DNA of 64,000 bases from Eledone cirrhosa (GCA_964016885.1 OZ024747.1:88350001-88414000), one strand, 5' to 3'. Shown: positions 21,364 to 35,073, counted from the stretch's first letter. Notes: generated from the letters alone by a model not told the origin. A program made the numbers and translations.

Positions 21364-22260
21364 GATTTCTGCTTTAGGCACAAGGCCAGCAATTTTGACC
21401 AGTAAAGGGACATAACTCTATGCCACAAAGCATGTTGTCCGACGCTCTACCGATACTGCCAATCCACCGTCATTTGCCATAACCGTTTCTACTTTAGGCA
21501 CAAGGCCAGCAATTTTGGGTGGAAGGGAAAGTCGATTAAATCGACGCCAGTACTTTATTTTATCAACCCTCTAAGGATGAAAGGCAAAGCTGACCTCGGC
21601 GGGATTTGAACTCAGAATGCAAAGGGCCGTAACTCTATGCCGCAAAGCATGGTGTCCGACGCTCTACTGATTCTCCCAATCTATAATAATTGTTTCTACT
21701 TTTGGCACAAGGCCAGCAATTACCCAGTGTATTACTGGTACTTATTTTATCGACCTCGTAAGGACGAAAGGCAAAGTTAACCTCGGCGGGATTCGAACTC
21801 AGACGGTAAAGGGACATAACTGTGCTGCAAAGCATGGCGTCCGACCCTCTACCGATACTACCAATCCATTCTATAATAATTGTTTCTACTTTTGGCACAA
21901 GGCCAGCAATTACTCAGTGCATTACTGGTACTTTATTTTATCGACCCCGTAAGGATGAAAGGCAAATTTAGCCTCGGCGGGATTTGATTTCAGGCCATAA
22001 AGGTCAGTAACTCTTTGCTGGAAAGCATGGCGTCCGACCCTCTACAGATACTACCAGCCCACCATTCTATAATAATTGTTTCTACTTTTGACACAAGGCC
22101 AGCAATTACCCAGTGCATTACTGGTACTTTATTTTATCGACCCCGTAAGGAAGAAAGGTAAAGTTAACCACGACGGGATTTGAACTCAGACCGTAAAGGG
22201 ATGTAACTATGCTAGAAAGCATGGCATCCAACCTTCTTCCGATAGTGCCAATTCACCGCC
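21364..22260 (-). mobile_element. Head-to-tail array of five SINE family 1 copies
   Basis: Units start at about 21364, 21481, 21682, 21870 and 22067. They differ by internal indels. Confidence 0.9.
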
Positions 22261-22674
22261 TAGATATCCGATAGCATCTGTGATCCTGGACCATGCTGGA
22301 GCTTTTTTATGCCAGGTAACAGTTCAATCAGCTTATGATAAACTATAGCAAAACATCATTTTACCTGTTTAGATATTCGATTTCGCGATTTGGTTAAAGT
22401 GTATTTTTATTCTCGCCTCTTTCTTTTCTCCTTCTCCTTCAGGTCAATGTTTTTTTTTTTTTGGGGGGGGGGGGGGGGATTATTTTGTTCTTATTTTTAT
22501 TTTATCTTAGAATGCCTGAGGTTCAAAGATTCATTTTTCTATATTTGGACAGATGTTTCGATCCATTTTGAATAATTTCTATCAAGCAACCGATTTCATT
22601 TATTAAACTTTCTTATCTGCAGAGAGTTGCTTGAATTTTTATTTATTTATTGATGGCAGCAACAACAATAATAT

Positions 22675-22675
<1 letters not shown>

Positions 22676-22726
<51 letters not shown>

Positions 22727-22790
22727 CATTATTATTATTATCGTTATTATTATTATTACCAATCATCACCATCATCATAATTATTATTGT
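22676..22790. repeat. (TTA)n / (ATC)n microsatellite
   Basis: Direct observation. Confidence 0.9.
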
Positions 22791-23158
22791 TACTGTGATT
22801 ACAGAGATTTCAGCATAAAATTGGACTGTGTGACATCTTGGAACTCTAGAGGAAGCATTATTAACTTTCATCCTAGGAAGCCTTATGATACACAAAACGA
22901 AATAGCGCCATTAATTTATCTATTGATTTCTGTGAAATAGCAAAAAGGTTTTGAATCATAGAGAAAAAAAATATCAAATAAGGTTTGCATCAAAGAGACT
23001 TTATGAAAAATCAATGATTTATTGATCAAAGTAAAATAACTCATGAGAAAGAAGAAGAGTCAAACTGTGGAAGTGCTGAAGGTGGAAGAGCCAAATGCAG
23101 TTGACAGAGGTTAATAGAAGGGGATCAATTTTCGAAGTAAGGAGGACAGAAAATTTGA

Positions 23159-23198
23159 ACAAAAGTATAACATGTTGGTGAGTGTATCTACATGATAG

Positions 23199-23295
<97 letters not shown>

Positions 23296-23339
23296 GATAC
23301 ATATATATATATTTATAGATACATATACATATATATATT

Positions 23340-23402
<63 letters not shown>

Positions 23403-23639
23403 CTATCATGTAGATACACTCACCAACATGTTATACTTTTGTATATATATATATATATATATTTATATATACATATATATATATATATATTTATATATAC
23501 ATATATATATATATATTTATATATACATATACATATATATATATATAATTATATATACATATACATATATATATATTTATATATACATATAGATACATAT
23601 TTATATATGCATATACATATATATATATATATTTATATA

Positions 23640-23737
<98 letters not shown>

Positions 23738-23828
23738 CAAACATATATGTATATATATATATACATATATATACATATATATACATATATATATATATAC
23801 AAACAAACATATATATATATACATATAT

Positions 23829-23859
<31 letters not shown>

Positions 23860-23902
23860 TACATATATACATACACATATATATATATATTTATATATAT
23901 AT

Positions 23903-23937
<35 letters not shown>

Positions 23938-23984
23938 AAGTCCAGAAACGGCTTGAACTCTGCCGTCGGGATTAAACAGTTTCC

Positions 23985-24029
<45 letters not shown>

Positions 24030-24210
24030 ATACACATATATATTTACATATATATATACATATATAAATATATTTACATATATATATATACATATATAAA
24101 TATATTTACAAAAATATATATACATATATATATATATTTACAGTTATATATACATATATATATTTACATATATATATATTTACACACACACATATATATA
24201 TATATACCTA

Positions 24211-24244
<34 letters not shown>

Positions 24245-24259
24245 CATATATATATATAG

Positions 24260-24334
<75 letters not shown>

Positions 24335-24336
24335 GA
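23159..24336. repeat. Large degenerate (TA)n region followed by (GA)n, with a 44-bp inverted duplication
   Basis: 23159-23202 is the exact reverse complement of 23399-23442. Confidence 0.9.
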
Positions 24337-24829
24337 GACAACGAAAGAGAAGATAAAAAGAAGACTGAAAAGTAAGAAATTATAGAAGGGAGATGTGTGA
24401 GATAGATTGCATATCTTGCTTTTCATCCTGTGAGAATAAAACGTCCGACAAATTCTCGTAATATTGGTAAACATAGCAAAACTTATTCTGTATGAAAAAT
24501 ATTTTTGTATAAAAACTTTATAGAAATAATCAATATAATTTAGAAGTTAACATAAAAATAAAAAATCTTACAAAGACATTACAAAAGCTATCAGTTACGT
24601 TTCTGATGACCGAGATAAAAGTATTCTTTTCATAATGATAAACACATAAATAATAACTCTCACGGGGGTATTTACATATCAGAAAGTGAAATAGTTTCAA
24701 CTAGGACTTGAAACAACATTCTGGACTGCCTTTATTGAGAATATACACCGTAATCACCTCTGTTTTGCAGCAAATTATTTTCATATATTAGATTGCGTTA
24801 TTTAGAACATTCTTAAACACGGAATAGGA

Positions 24830-25200
24830 TAAAAGAGTCGCGAATTCAAGCGACCGAAATGGGATTCCTCCGAAGGGTCTTTGGAGTAGAGTTACTCGAT
24901 AAAGTGTGTAACTCGGAGATCAGAGAATCATTCCAGGTAGAGCCGCTACAGCTCCGATACTATCGGCATGTGGTTATTAGAATATCTCAGGAAAAAAATC
25001 GCTTGACAGATTTTATGGGTAAAACCAACCGGCAAGCGACCCAGGGGTAGACCCCGAGCAAGATGGTTGGATAACATCCATGAGCTTGGCTGGTCACATT
25101 TGGGGATCCAGCCGAGTTAATTGGAGACGGTTGGTTCTGACAGGACTCGCTGGAACGTGTTTGAGGACTCTGCTCTCACGACCCTCCCAGGAATAAGTGG
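24830..25200 (+). mobile_element. Decayed RTE-clade (Rex3/Expander-like) 3' fragment
   Basis: SRIQATEMGFLRRVFGVELLDKVCNSEIRE..QLRYYRHV..RPRG.PRARWLD-like peptide. Confidence 0.75.
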
Positions 25201-25247
25201 GTGAATAATAAAATAGCAGCCTATCGCCTTTAATAAGGAAGCCACAG

Positions 25248-25458
25248 GGCGGTAGATAGGCAGTATCGCTAGAGCATCGAACAATACGCTTTGTTGTTAC
25301 GGCCCTTTACGTTCTGAGTTCAAATCCCGCCGTAGTTAGCTTTGTCTTTCATCCTTACGAGGTCGATAAAATATAGTACCAGTAACTCACTGGGGTTAAT
25401 TTAATTGACTTGCCCCTCCCCCCAAATTGTTGGCCTTCTGCCTTAATCAGAAACTATT
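25248..25458 (+). mobile_element. tRNA-derived SINE family 1
   Basis: Family consensus in forward orientation. Confidence 0.8.
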
Positions 25459-25724
25459 ATATAATATTTCTACATACACCATTTCCGAAAGAAACCAAAA
25501 CAGGGGCGAGTCATATCTGGAACGCCATTAAACATAAGTCCGCTCAATCCTGTTTAACGTGGAACTTAAAACCAACAACCTCATTAAACACTCTTACTCT
25601 ACTGATCAGTGACGACAAAACCTATATCTAGTCCATTCGAACTTTAGAGATTCTGGCAGATTAGTTATTATTGTTCTCTAGGTTTCGATTGAACCGTCTG
25701 ATCGAGCAGACCGACGATACAAAG

Positions 25725-25865
25725 TTTTCCTGTGGAGACTTCTGGTGTTCTTGGCTCTAAGACAACCTCCATACTCACCACCGTCGGCACAGAATTGGCT
25801 CTCCGCAGGAGTGAGCCTCGCACGTCTCTCTCACCAAATACCTTCTCTATTCTGTATGCCGGGGC
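25725..25865 (+). mobile_element. CRE-like non-LTR retrotransposon 3' fragment
   Basis: PVETSGVLG..ELA.R.SEPR..NTFSIL peptide, shared with other fragments in this window. Confidence 0.55.
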
Positions 25866-26479
25866 AGCGGAGCGGCCAGTGCGTGGACCTCCATTTGCTC
25901 ATAATAGTGAGAGAGTGGGAGAGCAGGAAAGACGGAGGCAGTGACAGTGGGAGTTTGGATCCTTTGTGTTCGGACCTGGTGTATATGTATGTTTCACAGA
26001 CACACACTGTTAAATAATTGTATCTTAAAGATAACAGGGAAAAGATTTCACTTACACTTAACAGAAGGTAGGATAACTTGCAATATCTTTGTTCACATAT
26101 AAAAATAATAAAAAATAATAATGATAAAATACCTGTTGTAATTTGCTGGTTAGTCAGAGTATCTATTCCGGACTCGTTTCTGCGTCCTTTACACATGCGT
26201 AGGAACAACAAGAAAGGAAGCAGTAAGAGTTATCCAACTTGAAATTAAAAAGTTTCAATTGAAATGTTTTAACGAAATGAAATGATGTTGCTTCACTGCC
26301 ATGGTCAACATTCTATCTATTTAAGAGTTTCTAGAAAGAAAAGATAAACAAAGATGGTTTCTTTTGAAACATCAATTTTAACGTTTACTCTCGCCTGTGA
26401 AGTTACTGGAGTATACAAATAACATCTGAACTATATACACTATTTTAGGAAAAAGGACAAGTTATATGTATTTCAACTA

Positions 26480-26686
26480 TAATAGTTTCTGATTTAGACA
26501 CAAAGCCAACAATTTTTGGGGATTAAACGACCCCAATGCATTACTGGTACTTTATTTTATCGGCCTCGTAAGGATGAAAAGCAAAGCTAACCTCGACAGG
26601 ATTTTGAACTCAGAACGTAAACGGCCATAACTCTATGCCACGAAGCAAGGTGTCCGACGCTCTACCGATACTGCCAATCCACCACC
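26480..26686 (-). mobile_element. tRNA-derived SINE family 1
   Basis: Family consensus. Confidence 0.8.
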
Positions 26687-27329
26687 CTCAATTCATTTCA
26701 ACTATAATAATAATAATTTATAGCTTTGAAACAGGAAAAATGACAACAACCACGACAGTTTTGGGGAGGGCATCCCCGAAACCGAAGAGAAAATAGAGAA
26801 AGAATCATAATGCGTAAGTTATCAGACTGGAGAATACTTGCTAAAGAGTGAAATCTGTTAAAACCACTCAATGGCTAGGTTATGCTGTTGAATAGGGTGA
26901 CGGATTAAATCTGCCATTTTGCTTGTTTGAGAAGTAATAATTCTGTATTAAAGTGCTTTGTGAAAATATAATTTGTTTATAAAAGTGTTTTAACGGACAA
27001 AGACGTAGCAAAAACAAAACAAAACAAAAATGATGGGGGAGGGGTAACCACTCCCGGGCGCAAGTGTGAAGAGATGAAAAGTTTCCTCTGGTTTCTATGA
27101 TACTGTTGGTGAAATAATAATTTGCACAAGTCTTTTGTGGAAGTGATGTGATAATTTGTTTAGGATGTTGTTTATGTAATATCTTTCAGTTGTTAATAGA
27201 AGGAAGTGTGGGAGCTGAATTATTAAAACAACTGCTTTGTAGGAGTGTGCCTGAGAATCGGATCTCTTTCAACAACAGTAATTCGTCACTAGTCACGAAA
27301 ATCCGCAGAACTTATTTACAAGGAAATTG

Positions 27330-27565
27330 ATGTACCTCCATCGGTTCTGACGATGAGCATTCCAGTTGTTTGATCAATGGTACAGCCAGCTCATGAAATT
27401 GATGTGCAAATGACTGAGTATTCCTTAGATACACGTACACTGAATCTGAATGCAATCCTCAGGGAGATTCAACATGACACAAAGTGTGTCAAGGCAGGTT
27501 CGTTGAATTACAGATATAACCCATTTTGCTAGCCAAGTGGACTGGAGCAACGTGAAATGAAGTAT
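27330..27565 (-). mobile_element. SINE family 2 body
   Basis: Similar to 40115-40370, 43280-43555 and 59005-59132 (ggagcaacgtgaaat; acacgt.cac). Confidence 0.65.
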
Positions 27566-27774
27566 CATTTGTTCATTAGAATGTTTTCCTGGCCTAGAGT
27601 ATATTCATATATTTTATTTCATAACGGATCTTTATGGCTTCTGTATGAACATATTGCTTGATGTGAGAAACTGTGTGGAAAGAGAGGAATAAATGTGAGA
27701 GTAACCCCAAGGGGAAGGTTGTGGTGAGATTTAACTGAGTGATGAATTAGATTTATTAAGTTTGAACAAATACA

Positions 27775-28170
27775 ATTCATCTGATGAATTTCCACACATA
27801 TTCTGTCTATCGATGTATTGTATTTATAAGGTTTTTGATATGAAATCGTTGAAACAGATATTGCTATATTTGGTGAGGGTCAGGATGTTCTAATATTGCC
27901 AGGAAAATATAGGAACACAATGGGAGGAAACATAGAAACATCACTAATGATGTCACAGATATGTGTGACGAAACAACTCTGAGAAACTATATTTATATCT
28001 ATATTTTTTAACTGTTCGTCAATCAATGATAAACATTGATTGTCAGCTCAATTATTTATAGAAATATAAAAATATACTGAAGTGAAAACCAAACCAAACT
28101 GAGTGTGTTTTACTATATTTTTCTGGCAATATTAGAACACGACCCTCCTCAAATATAACAATTTCTGTCT
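27775..28170. mobile_element. Old Penelope-like island with inverted arms and a decayed hammerhead
   Basis: 27853-27918 is inverted relative to 28107-28168. 27941-27982 reads TCA-CTAATGA-T-GTCAC..GTGAC-GAAA-CAAC-TC-TGA (core G-to-A change). A related copy lies at 46140-46380. Confidence 0.6.
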
Positions 28171-29865
28171 ATCCATTCTCACTTAAAGGCTTAGTCCGAC
28201 CGTGGATTATGGTAGAGTACATATGCTCACCGTTCGGTTCTGTGAACCTCCGTCATTGTAAATTAAATTTAGTTACACTGTAATTATTATGATTAACTAG
28301 TCGGTAGAGCATAGGATGAAATACTTTGCGGTATTTCAACTGGATCGCTGTGATCTGAATTAAAATCCCACCGAGGTCACCTTTGCTGTTCATCCTGTCA
28401 GGGTTGATAATATAAAGTACCAGTAAGTACTGAAATTGTTAGAGAGTCGGATGAGTTGCCTTGCGTTCTGATTTGGAATACTTATATGGCCGACTTGGCG
28501 TATATATTTCATCCACCACCCTCTTTGACACCACCACTCGTCTTTTAGCGACATCTATTCTGTCACAAGAATTTGGACTAGGCCTTTAGATTATAGTTAT
28601 CTTATCCCTCTTTCTCATCAGTCACAGAGGCGCTGAAAAAATGGTCACACACACGGCATTGTCTCTCTGATTAAACTGCAAAACGGTTCATTTCAACCTT
28701 TTATATTCTGAGTTGAGGCCACGTTGGTCTCGAATTCGTCTTTTATCCTCTTTGTGTCTTTAACATTTTGCAGAGATGGTGGTGGTGGTGATGCTGATAT
28801 AGAGATGTTGTTAAGGAAACCTTGTCTGATAACCTTTATTTATTAATTTTCCTCAAAGTTCTAATTTCAAGCATCTGCCCAGGACATCTCTGCTTTTCAG
28901 CTTTCTGTGGTCAATAAACTAAAATAGCAGTCACTAGACCAGTAACACTAGTGTCAATTCAGTCAACTATACTTCAAGAAACAGCTGTCTTTCGCTTGTT
29001 CAAAAGAAATCAATATTTTGTTATCTATTATTAATCAGTATTAGTTTATATTTTCTTGGTTATCTTTTCTCCTCATTAATGTAACATTTGAACATATTTA
29101 GTTTTTGCTGCTGCGTTATTCTCAGTTAACCAGACGCTGTTAAACATCTTTTTTACTCCTTCAAACTTGTACAGCTGCTCGAGGCAAAAACTAACAAACA
29201 AACAAAAACATCGCATCAGGATATATAAAAATAATTCAACACTGTCAACTTCTAGAAATATTAAAAATAAGATAAAAAAAAAACTAAAAACAAGTACATG
29301 CAAATAAAATGTTAACATTTTAATATTGATTAATAGCATTTATGGCCTGAAATTCTTAAAAATGCAGATATCTTGCATTGTTATAATTGGCACCAATGGT
29401 GCTATGTCACATTCTACAGAATACATTAAAATAAATAAATAAAAAAGAAACAATAATAAATTCAGAATAACAATGTAGTCGATTTTGTCTTCTATATCTC
29501 CGAGAAAGATAAAATAAGTGCAACTCTAGTACCAAAGAAATTTAAATTGACTGCCCCATCCCACAAAACTTGCGGCCTAAATTTCTATGATTATGGTTAT
29601 TATTAGTGTTACTAAAAGTGTTGTGTGTTTTAGAATAGTACAGCACAAGTCAAAATGTTTTCTAGTATTTAATTATGTCCCTTCAGAAGGTTTTAAAACG
29701 CCTTTGTAGACAGAAGAGTTACAACTACCCACAAGAAACACTCAAAATCTCGTGGGAAAATTATCTGCTTCTTATGTATTTAGTTTTAGTCAGTGTCATT
29801 CTTCTTTGTCTGTTGGACTGCAGTTTATATTATTCTCTTCTGTATTACCATTTCTCTCATTTCTA

Positions 29866-30050
29866 TATTTTTCTGGTCGAGCCCATGGCAGTGGAAACCT
29901 CTGGAAATCTTGGCCTCTGGGCCACATCCCTGTTCACTGCTATCAGAGCGGAGTTGGCTGCCCGCAGTTGCGAGCCCCGCGTGGTGGAGTGGTTGTTTCA
30001 GTGAGTCTCCCTCACCGTTCTTCAGGGCAATGTCTTCTCCATCCTGTCAG
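29866..30050 (+). mobile_element. CRE-like non-LTR retrotransposon 3' fragment
   Basis: FLVEPMAVETSGNLG..ELAARSCEPRVVEWLFQ*VSLTVLQGNVFSILS. Confidence 0.7.
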
Positions 30051-31289
30051 TAGAGACCACATGATGGACTGACTCTTAAATATCATTTGTTGTGGTGACA
30101 TGGATTAGACATACTTCCACAAACACACTACACTAAAATAGAAAGAAAACGTTATGTACTCTTATATACGTCTTTCTTGATTTTTCATTCTTAGGATTTT
30201 CCTTCTTCAATTTTTACCATCTCTGTTTGTCTCCACCATATTTTTTGTTATTATTTGAAGGCCTTAGTTTAAGGCGTAGAACTAATGAGTTTAGCTTTGC
30301 CTTTCATCCTTACGAGGTCGATAAAATAAAGTACAAGTAACACACTGCCCCCGCCTCCACAAAAAAGTGTTTGCCTTGTGCCTAAATCAGAAATCATTAT
30401 TTGGAGGCCTTTATCAAATATCCCTAATTCTGATAGATATACGATAATCTTTGCATACTTTACACAGTTAAATACTTTTGTATAGTCAGTAATGTATACC
30501 GAGACATCTTTACGTGTGGTTCTTAAGTTAAATATTCCGTTATGGGTTCCTCTTCTTTGTTTATAATCATATTGCAGTTTACATATTTCCTATTCGTTCT
30601 TGAGGTAAGCTTTAGTTGTAATTTAGTCATATGACTCATTAAGATTATTGTTTTAAAATCTATGCAGGCCTCAACTTTAAGGATTCTTTGGTGACTGAAC
30701 AAAGGTAGATTGCTTCATTTCAGTTGGTATGTGTCCTCTCTCATATATTACATTACACAAGTCTGTTATTAGATTTAGGTTGTGGTTATTTCATGCTTTT
30801 AAGGCTTCTGCTGGTATTTCATTTGTTCTAGTTGGTTTTACATCTTTCGTTGACTTTATTGCTTTTCTACATTATTTAAGATTTTGTTTCTCTTGGCATC
30901 TTCGAAATTGGATATAGGGCGTTCTGATCTCATAATCGTATAATTCGTTTATGTATCCAACTCATACAGATGCAATAATCAAAAATGCCAATGATCAAAC
31001 AGTTTGCCTCCATTTTCCCCTTAATATTGCTACTTTGTTTACTCATGCATATGCTATTTGTGATCTCATTTGTTTTACCATTCACTTCTTTGGAATTATG
31101 TTGGTTATTAAGATTCTCAACTTCTTGGCATTAATCATCCAACCACTTTGTTTTTCATTTTCACTTTATTTAGGGTATTATACCTAGCAAGACATTTATT
31201 CTTGAATTGCCTTCTTTCCCCCACTTTTTATTGCATTTCATCAGTTAGCTATTTGCTCTAAAATGAGAAGGAAAAGAAGACCAATGTTT

Positions 31290-31800
31290 TCTTGAGCGAT
31301 GTTTGCATGCAAGTTTTGATTGGACACTAATTGGATACAGGGCAGTTTTGGATACAGTGATAATGATGAAAATATAAGGAAAGAAATATTGGTTACAACA
31401 TGATACACTTATACTTGCCTACTAAACAACACAACGAAGCAGCGATGGAAGTTTTCTACCAATAAATTCGAATGCATCCAAGCTAAAGAAAGAGCAATTA
31501 TAATTATAATGGGAGATTTTGATAAAAACGCCAGCAGAGAAAACGCCGAAAATACAACGGATTAATATGGATTAGGTGAAAGAAATGAAAAATGTCGCCA
31601 GTACTAGTTGTCAGTACACTATTCCAGCAATTATATAAAAGAAATCAGGTGGACAATATACTTATAAACTGGCCTCTGTAGAAATTGTATGAAACTAGTA
31701 AAGATACACAATAGATACCAATGGAGATTATAATCCAGTGGTAATTGAATTACACATCAAACTAATGAGAATGAGAATTATAGACAGACGAAACGATTAA
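31290..31800 (+). mobile_element. Highly decayed RTE/BovB-like APE endonuclease fragment
   Basis: Remnant motifs YLPT, IIIMGDF and YGLGERNE. Confidence 0.6.
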
Positions 31801-31860
31801 ACTCAAACAGACAGGACATATTAAGAAATATAATAGGGAAATGCGGAACAAGCGTGAATA

Positions 31861-32346
31861 CAGGGGCGGTTTAAGCATTTCTGAATGGGGGAAGGATGAG
31901 GGGAAGGGACAAATTTGGTCAATTTAGTTGTCGTGATTAGTTTATCTCTATGCACGCTAAAATGATCAGAAAATGCAATTTGAGTCCAAGCAGGTCATAT
32001 TACATTTACAGCTTTCAATAATTATAAAGTGATTATAGCAAAATGACCTGTGAAATCTGTCTCTGAATGCACATACTAGCAATTGGTAAATAATGATATG
32101 TGGAGAAAAAGTTATGACATGACTAAAATTTATTATGAAGGTTAACAATATATTTCATTGTTATTATCAAATATCAACCAACATAAATAAACTTCGATAT
32201 GTGATAAACATAACATATACATAAATTGGAGCGCATATACAAATAGATGTGTACGTTGGTAGATTGGGAAGAAAAATACAATTATTGTGTGTGTGTGTGG
32301 GGGGGGGAGGTAACACTCCCTGCCCCCTCCAGTTCCACCACCCCTG
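31861..32346. mobile_element. MITE-like element with CAGGGG(C/T)GGT termini
   Basis: Ends are caggggcggt and accacccctg. An internally deleted copy lies in the opposite orientation at 58416-58669. Confidence 0.65.
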
Positions 32347-32635
32347 GAATAACCATATATCCAATAATATTAAGTGGTAATTCACAGATAAAGCATCATC
32401 TTATACAAAATCAAAGGCTTTAAGCAACCTTTGGACGCTAGAATTTTTATCAATCCTAAAATACAAAAAATAAAAGCAAGCCAACGGCAGTAACATGAAA
32501 TACAAACAAATCACGTTTTTTGTTCAAATAATACTTCGGACCTTCCTTAGTAATAATGTCAGAGTGACGCCCTCTCCACAGCAATACCTTGATCTTTTCC
32601 TAAATTCATGAACTTAGAGTTAATTGAATTACGAT

Positions 32636-32825
32636 TTCTTCTTCTTCTTCTTCTTCTTCTTCTTCTTCTTCTTCTTCTTCTTCTTCTTCTTCTTCTTCTT
32701 CTTCTTCTTCTTCTTCTTCTTCTTCTTCTTCTTCTTCCCGAGAGGGTTGTGAGGGCAGAGTCCTCAAACACTCATTGCAGCGGGTCCCTGTCAGAAGCAA
32801 TAATCTCCAACTGATCCGGCTTCAG
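32636..32825 (-). mobile_element. RTE-type 3' end with (GAA)n tail
   Basis: Minus strand resembles 25105-25195 (tctgacaggac..gtgtttgaggactctgc.ctcac.accctc) and is followed by about 33 GAA units. Confidence 0.7.
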
Positions 32826-33085
32826 CATCTATAAATTAACTATTTTAAATTCAAAAGAAAAAATAGACTAACAGTTCTTACATGTCTTCCTCTGAACTAA
32901 TTGACCAATCCGGTAACCCGATACCCCAGCCAGTTCAAAAGCAGAAACACCAACTGTAAAATATTTTCCCCACTTTTACAATATCTATTACGTTGAAATC
33001 TTTCCAGGCATATGTTGGCCGGTCACTGAAGTGAATAACTCGTCTGACCGCTTGTATATCAAAGGATATTTACATCTCCTGTGGA

Positions 33086-33157
33086 TTTTATCTGAAGAGA
33101 ACATGTTTGACTGATGTTATACATAAGCCATACATCTTTGAAATATGTATAATAAAA
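33086..33157 (+). ncRNA. Type I hammerhead ribozyme
   Basis: TTTTAT-CTGAAGA-GAACATGT...ACATCTTT-GAAA-TATGTA-TA^-ATAAAA. Confidence 0.6.
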
Positions 33158-33202
33158 TAAATAGGGATATATATTTATATATATGTATATATATATATAT
33201 AT

Positions 33203-33435
33203 ATATTAATTCAAAATATTAACAAAATAGATATTCTTGTGATCAAGTATATTTTATTATACATATTTCAGAGGTACTGAGTTAACTTCAACAGTACGTC
33301 CTCATGAGATAAAATAAAAATTATTTTATCTGATGAGGACGTACTGTTGAAGTTAACTCAGTACCTCTGAAATATGTATAATAAAATATACTTGATCACA
33401 AGAATATCTATTTTGTTAATATTTTGAATTAATAT
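33203..33435. repeat. Near-perfect hairpin (~115-bp arms, 3-nt loop)
   Basis: 33203-33317 pairs with 33321-33435; I saw only one mismatch. Confidence 0.92.
33324..33386 (+). ncRNA. Type I hammerhead ribozyme
   Basis: TTTTAT-CTGATGA-GGACGTACTG..CAGTACCTCT-GAAA-TATGTA-TA^-ATAAAA. Confidence 0.7.
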
Positions 33436-34184
33436 TAATAACTCTGGAAAACCATTACTGTTGAGTGCTTCCAATCTATTGTAAAACTCATTCTTTGATT
33501 TATTCATTGAAACTTGTTTAACTTTTAAATAAATAAATATATATATATATCATTCATGTAGAAAATTCCGGTTAACGTAAAAACAAATCGATTTTCTTTT
33601 CTGTTCACACAGCCATTTTTTACCCCACACTATATCACGATCCTGTGCCAGGGTTTCATTGGCAAATATAAAGTCATGAACTTTTCGCATTTAATTGTTA
33701 TTCTTCTCTCATTGTTCGTCATGAATACATAGACGGCTGTTAGTAACTTTTGTTTCAGCTACTGTAGAATTATGTTTAAATGGCTAAGATTATCGACAAA
33801 CTGGTTGTTCATTTGAATTTCCATAACTTCTATTTTGTGGGAGAAATGGCTGCGGGGAAGAAAGAAATGGAGTTAAATTAGAAGGTGAGATGAACAGGGT
33901 AAATGGAGGAGAAAATGTATAAAAAGGAAAGAAAAAAATATGATACGTTTTCATTGGAAATTATGAAAATATGGTGGAAATGCTTTGATTATCAGAGTAA
34001 AATCTCCGTTGAAAGCAAAAAGATCGAACAAATCATGTGGTGGAAGAGAACTTGTAAAAGCCAAAAGTGAGATGATTACAAAGTTAGAGAAAGAAAAAAA
34101 GAAAGAGTGAGGTTAAGCGAGATATAATTAGAACCATTTCGAGGGTTAATAGATAGAAGGACGAGAAACAGATATATATATATA

Positions 34185-34455
34185 GAGAGAGAGAGAAAGA
34201 GAAAGAGATAAGGGAAAAGAGAGAATACGAGAGAAAGAGAGAGAGATAAGGGAAAAGAGAGAATACAAGAGAAAGAGAGAGTGAAGGGAAAATAGAGAAT
34301 ACGAGAGAGAGAGAGAGAGAAGGGGAAAGAGAGACTAGAGAGAAGAGAATAAGCGTTGGAGGGTGTTTGTATACAGAGAAGGGAGAGAGGGAGAGAGAGA
34401 GAGAGAGCGAGAGAGAGAGAGAGACTAGAGAAAAGAGAATAACCGTTGGAGAGTG
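34185..34455. repeat. GA-rich degenerate minisatellite
   Basis: Repeated gagataagggaaaagagagaatac-type units. Confidence 0.75.
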
Positions 34456-34965
34456 TTTATGGAAAATATGGAAAATGTGGAAAAGGAAAGCTAGAATCAA
34501 AATTGACGTTTTTGATTTCAGTATTAAATGTAGTCCCCTGAGTGTCTAGTGCTGGATTCACAGTAAAATCACGATCAACGAAGCGAAAAAGAATCTGCTT
34601 GAAATAGCAAAACATTCCTAAAGTAAAAAAAGAAATTGCAATAGTTGATTTTAAAAAAAATGTGACTGCTAATTTGTCCGTCATTTTACACCTCAACAAC
34701 AAACCTCTTAAGGTTTGAAATGTTCGCCAAGCATATAATGAATACGTTAACTACAATGGATGCTAATGCAGGGGTAGGAGTGTAGGAATTTAACTGACAG
34801 CCAAGTAATTAATCTTTTGATTAACGATTACAATCACGCTGTCTTTACATTTGAGCATTTTTGTTTACACGTGAGACTCAGATGTATGTATGTATGTATG
34901 TATGTATGTATGTATGTATGTATGTATGTATGTATGTATGTATGTATGTATGTATGTATGTATGT

Positions 34966-35042
34966 ATATATATATATTTCTTTTTTTTTTTTTTATTTAT
35001 TTATTATTATTATTATTTTTTTTTTAAATTTTATTTTATTTT

Positions 35043-35073
<31 letters not shown>

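Noticed and set aside
21364-22260. Repeat array resembling CRISPR
   Set aside because: Units are ~190-bp SINEs without unique spacers, the context is eukaryotic and there are no cas genes.
24600-24725. CTGATGA motif as a hammerhead
   Set aside because: No convincing stem II with adjacent GAAA and matching stem I.
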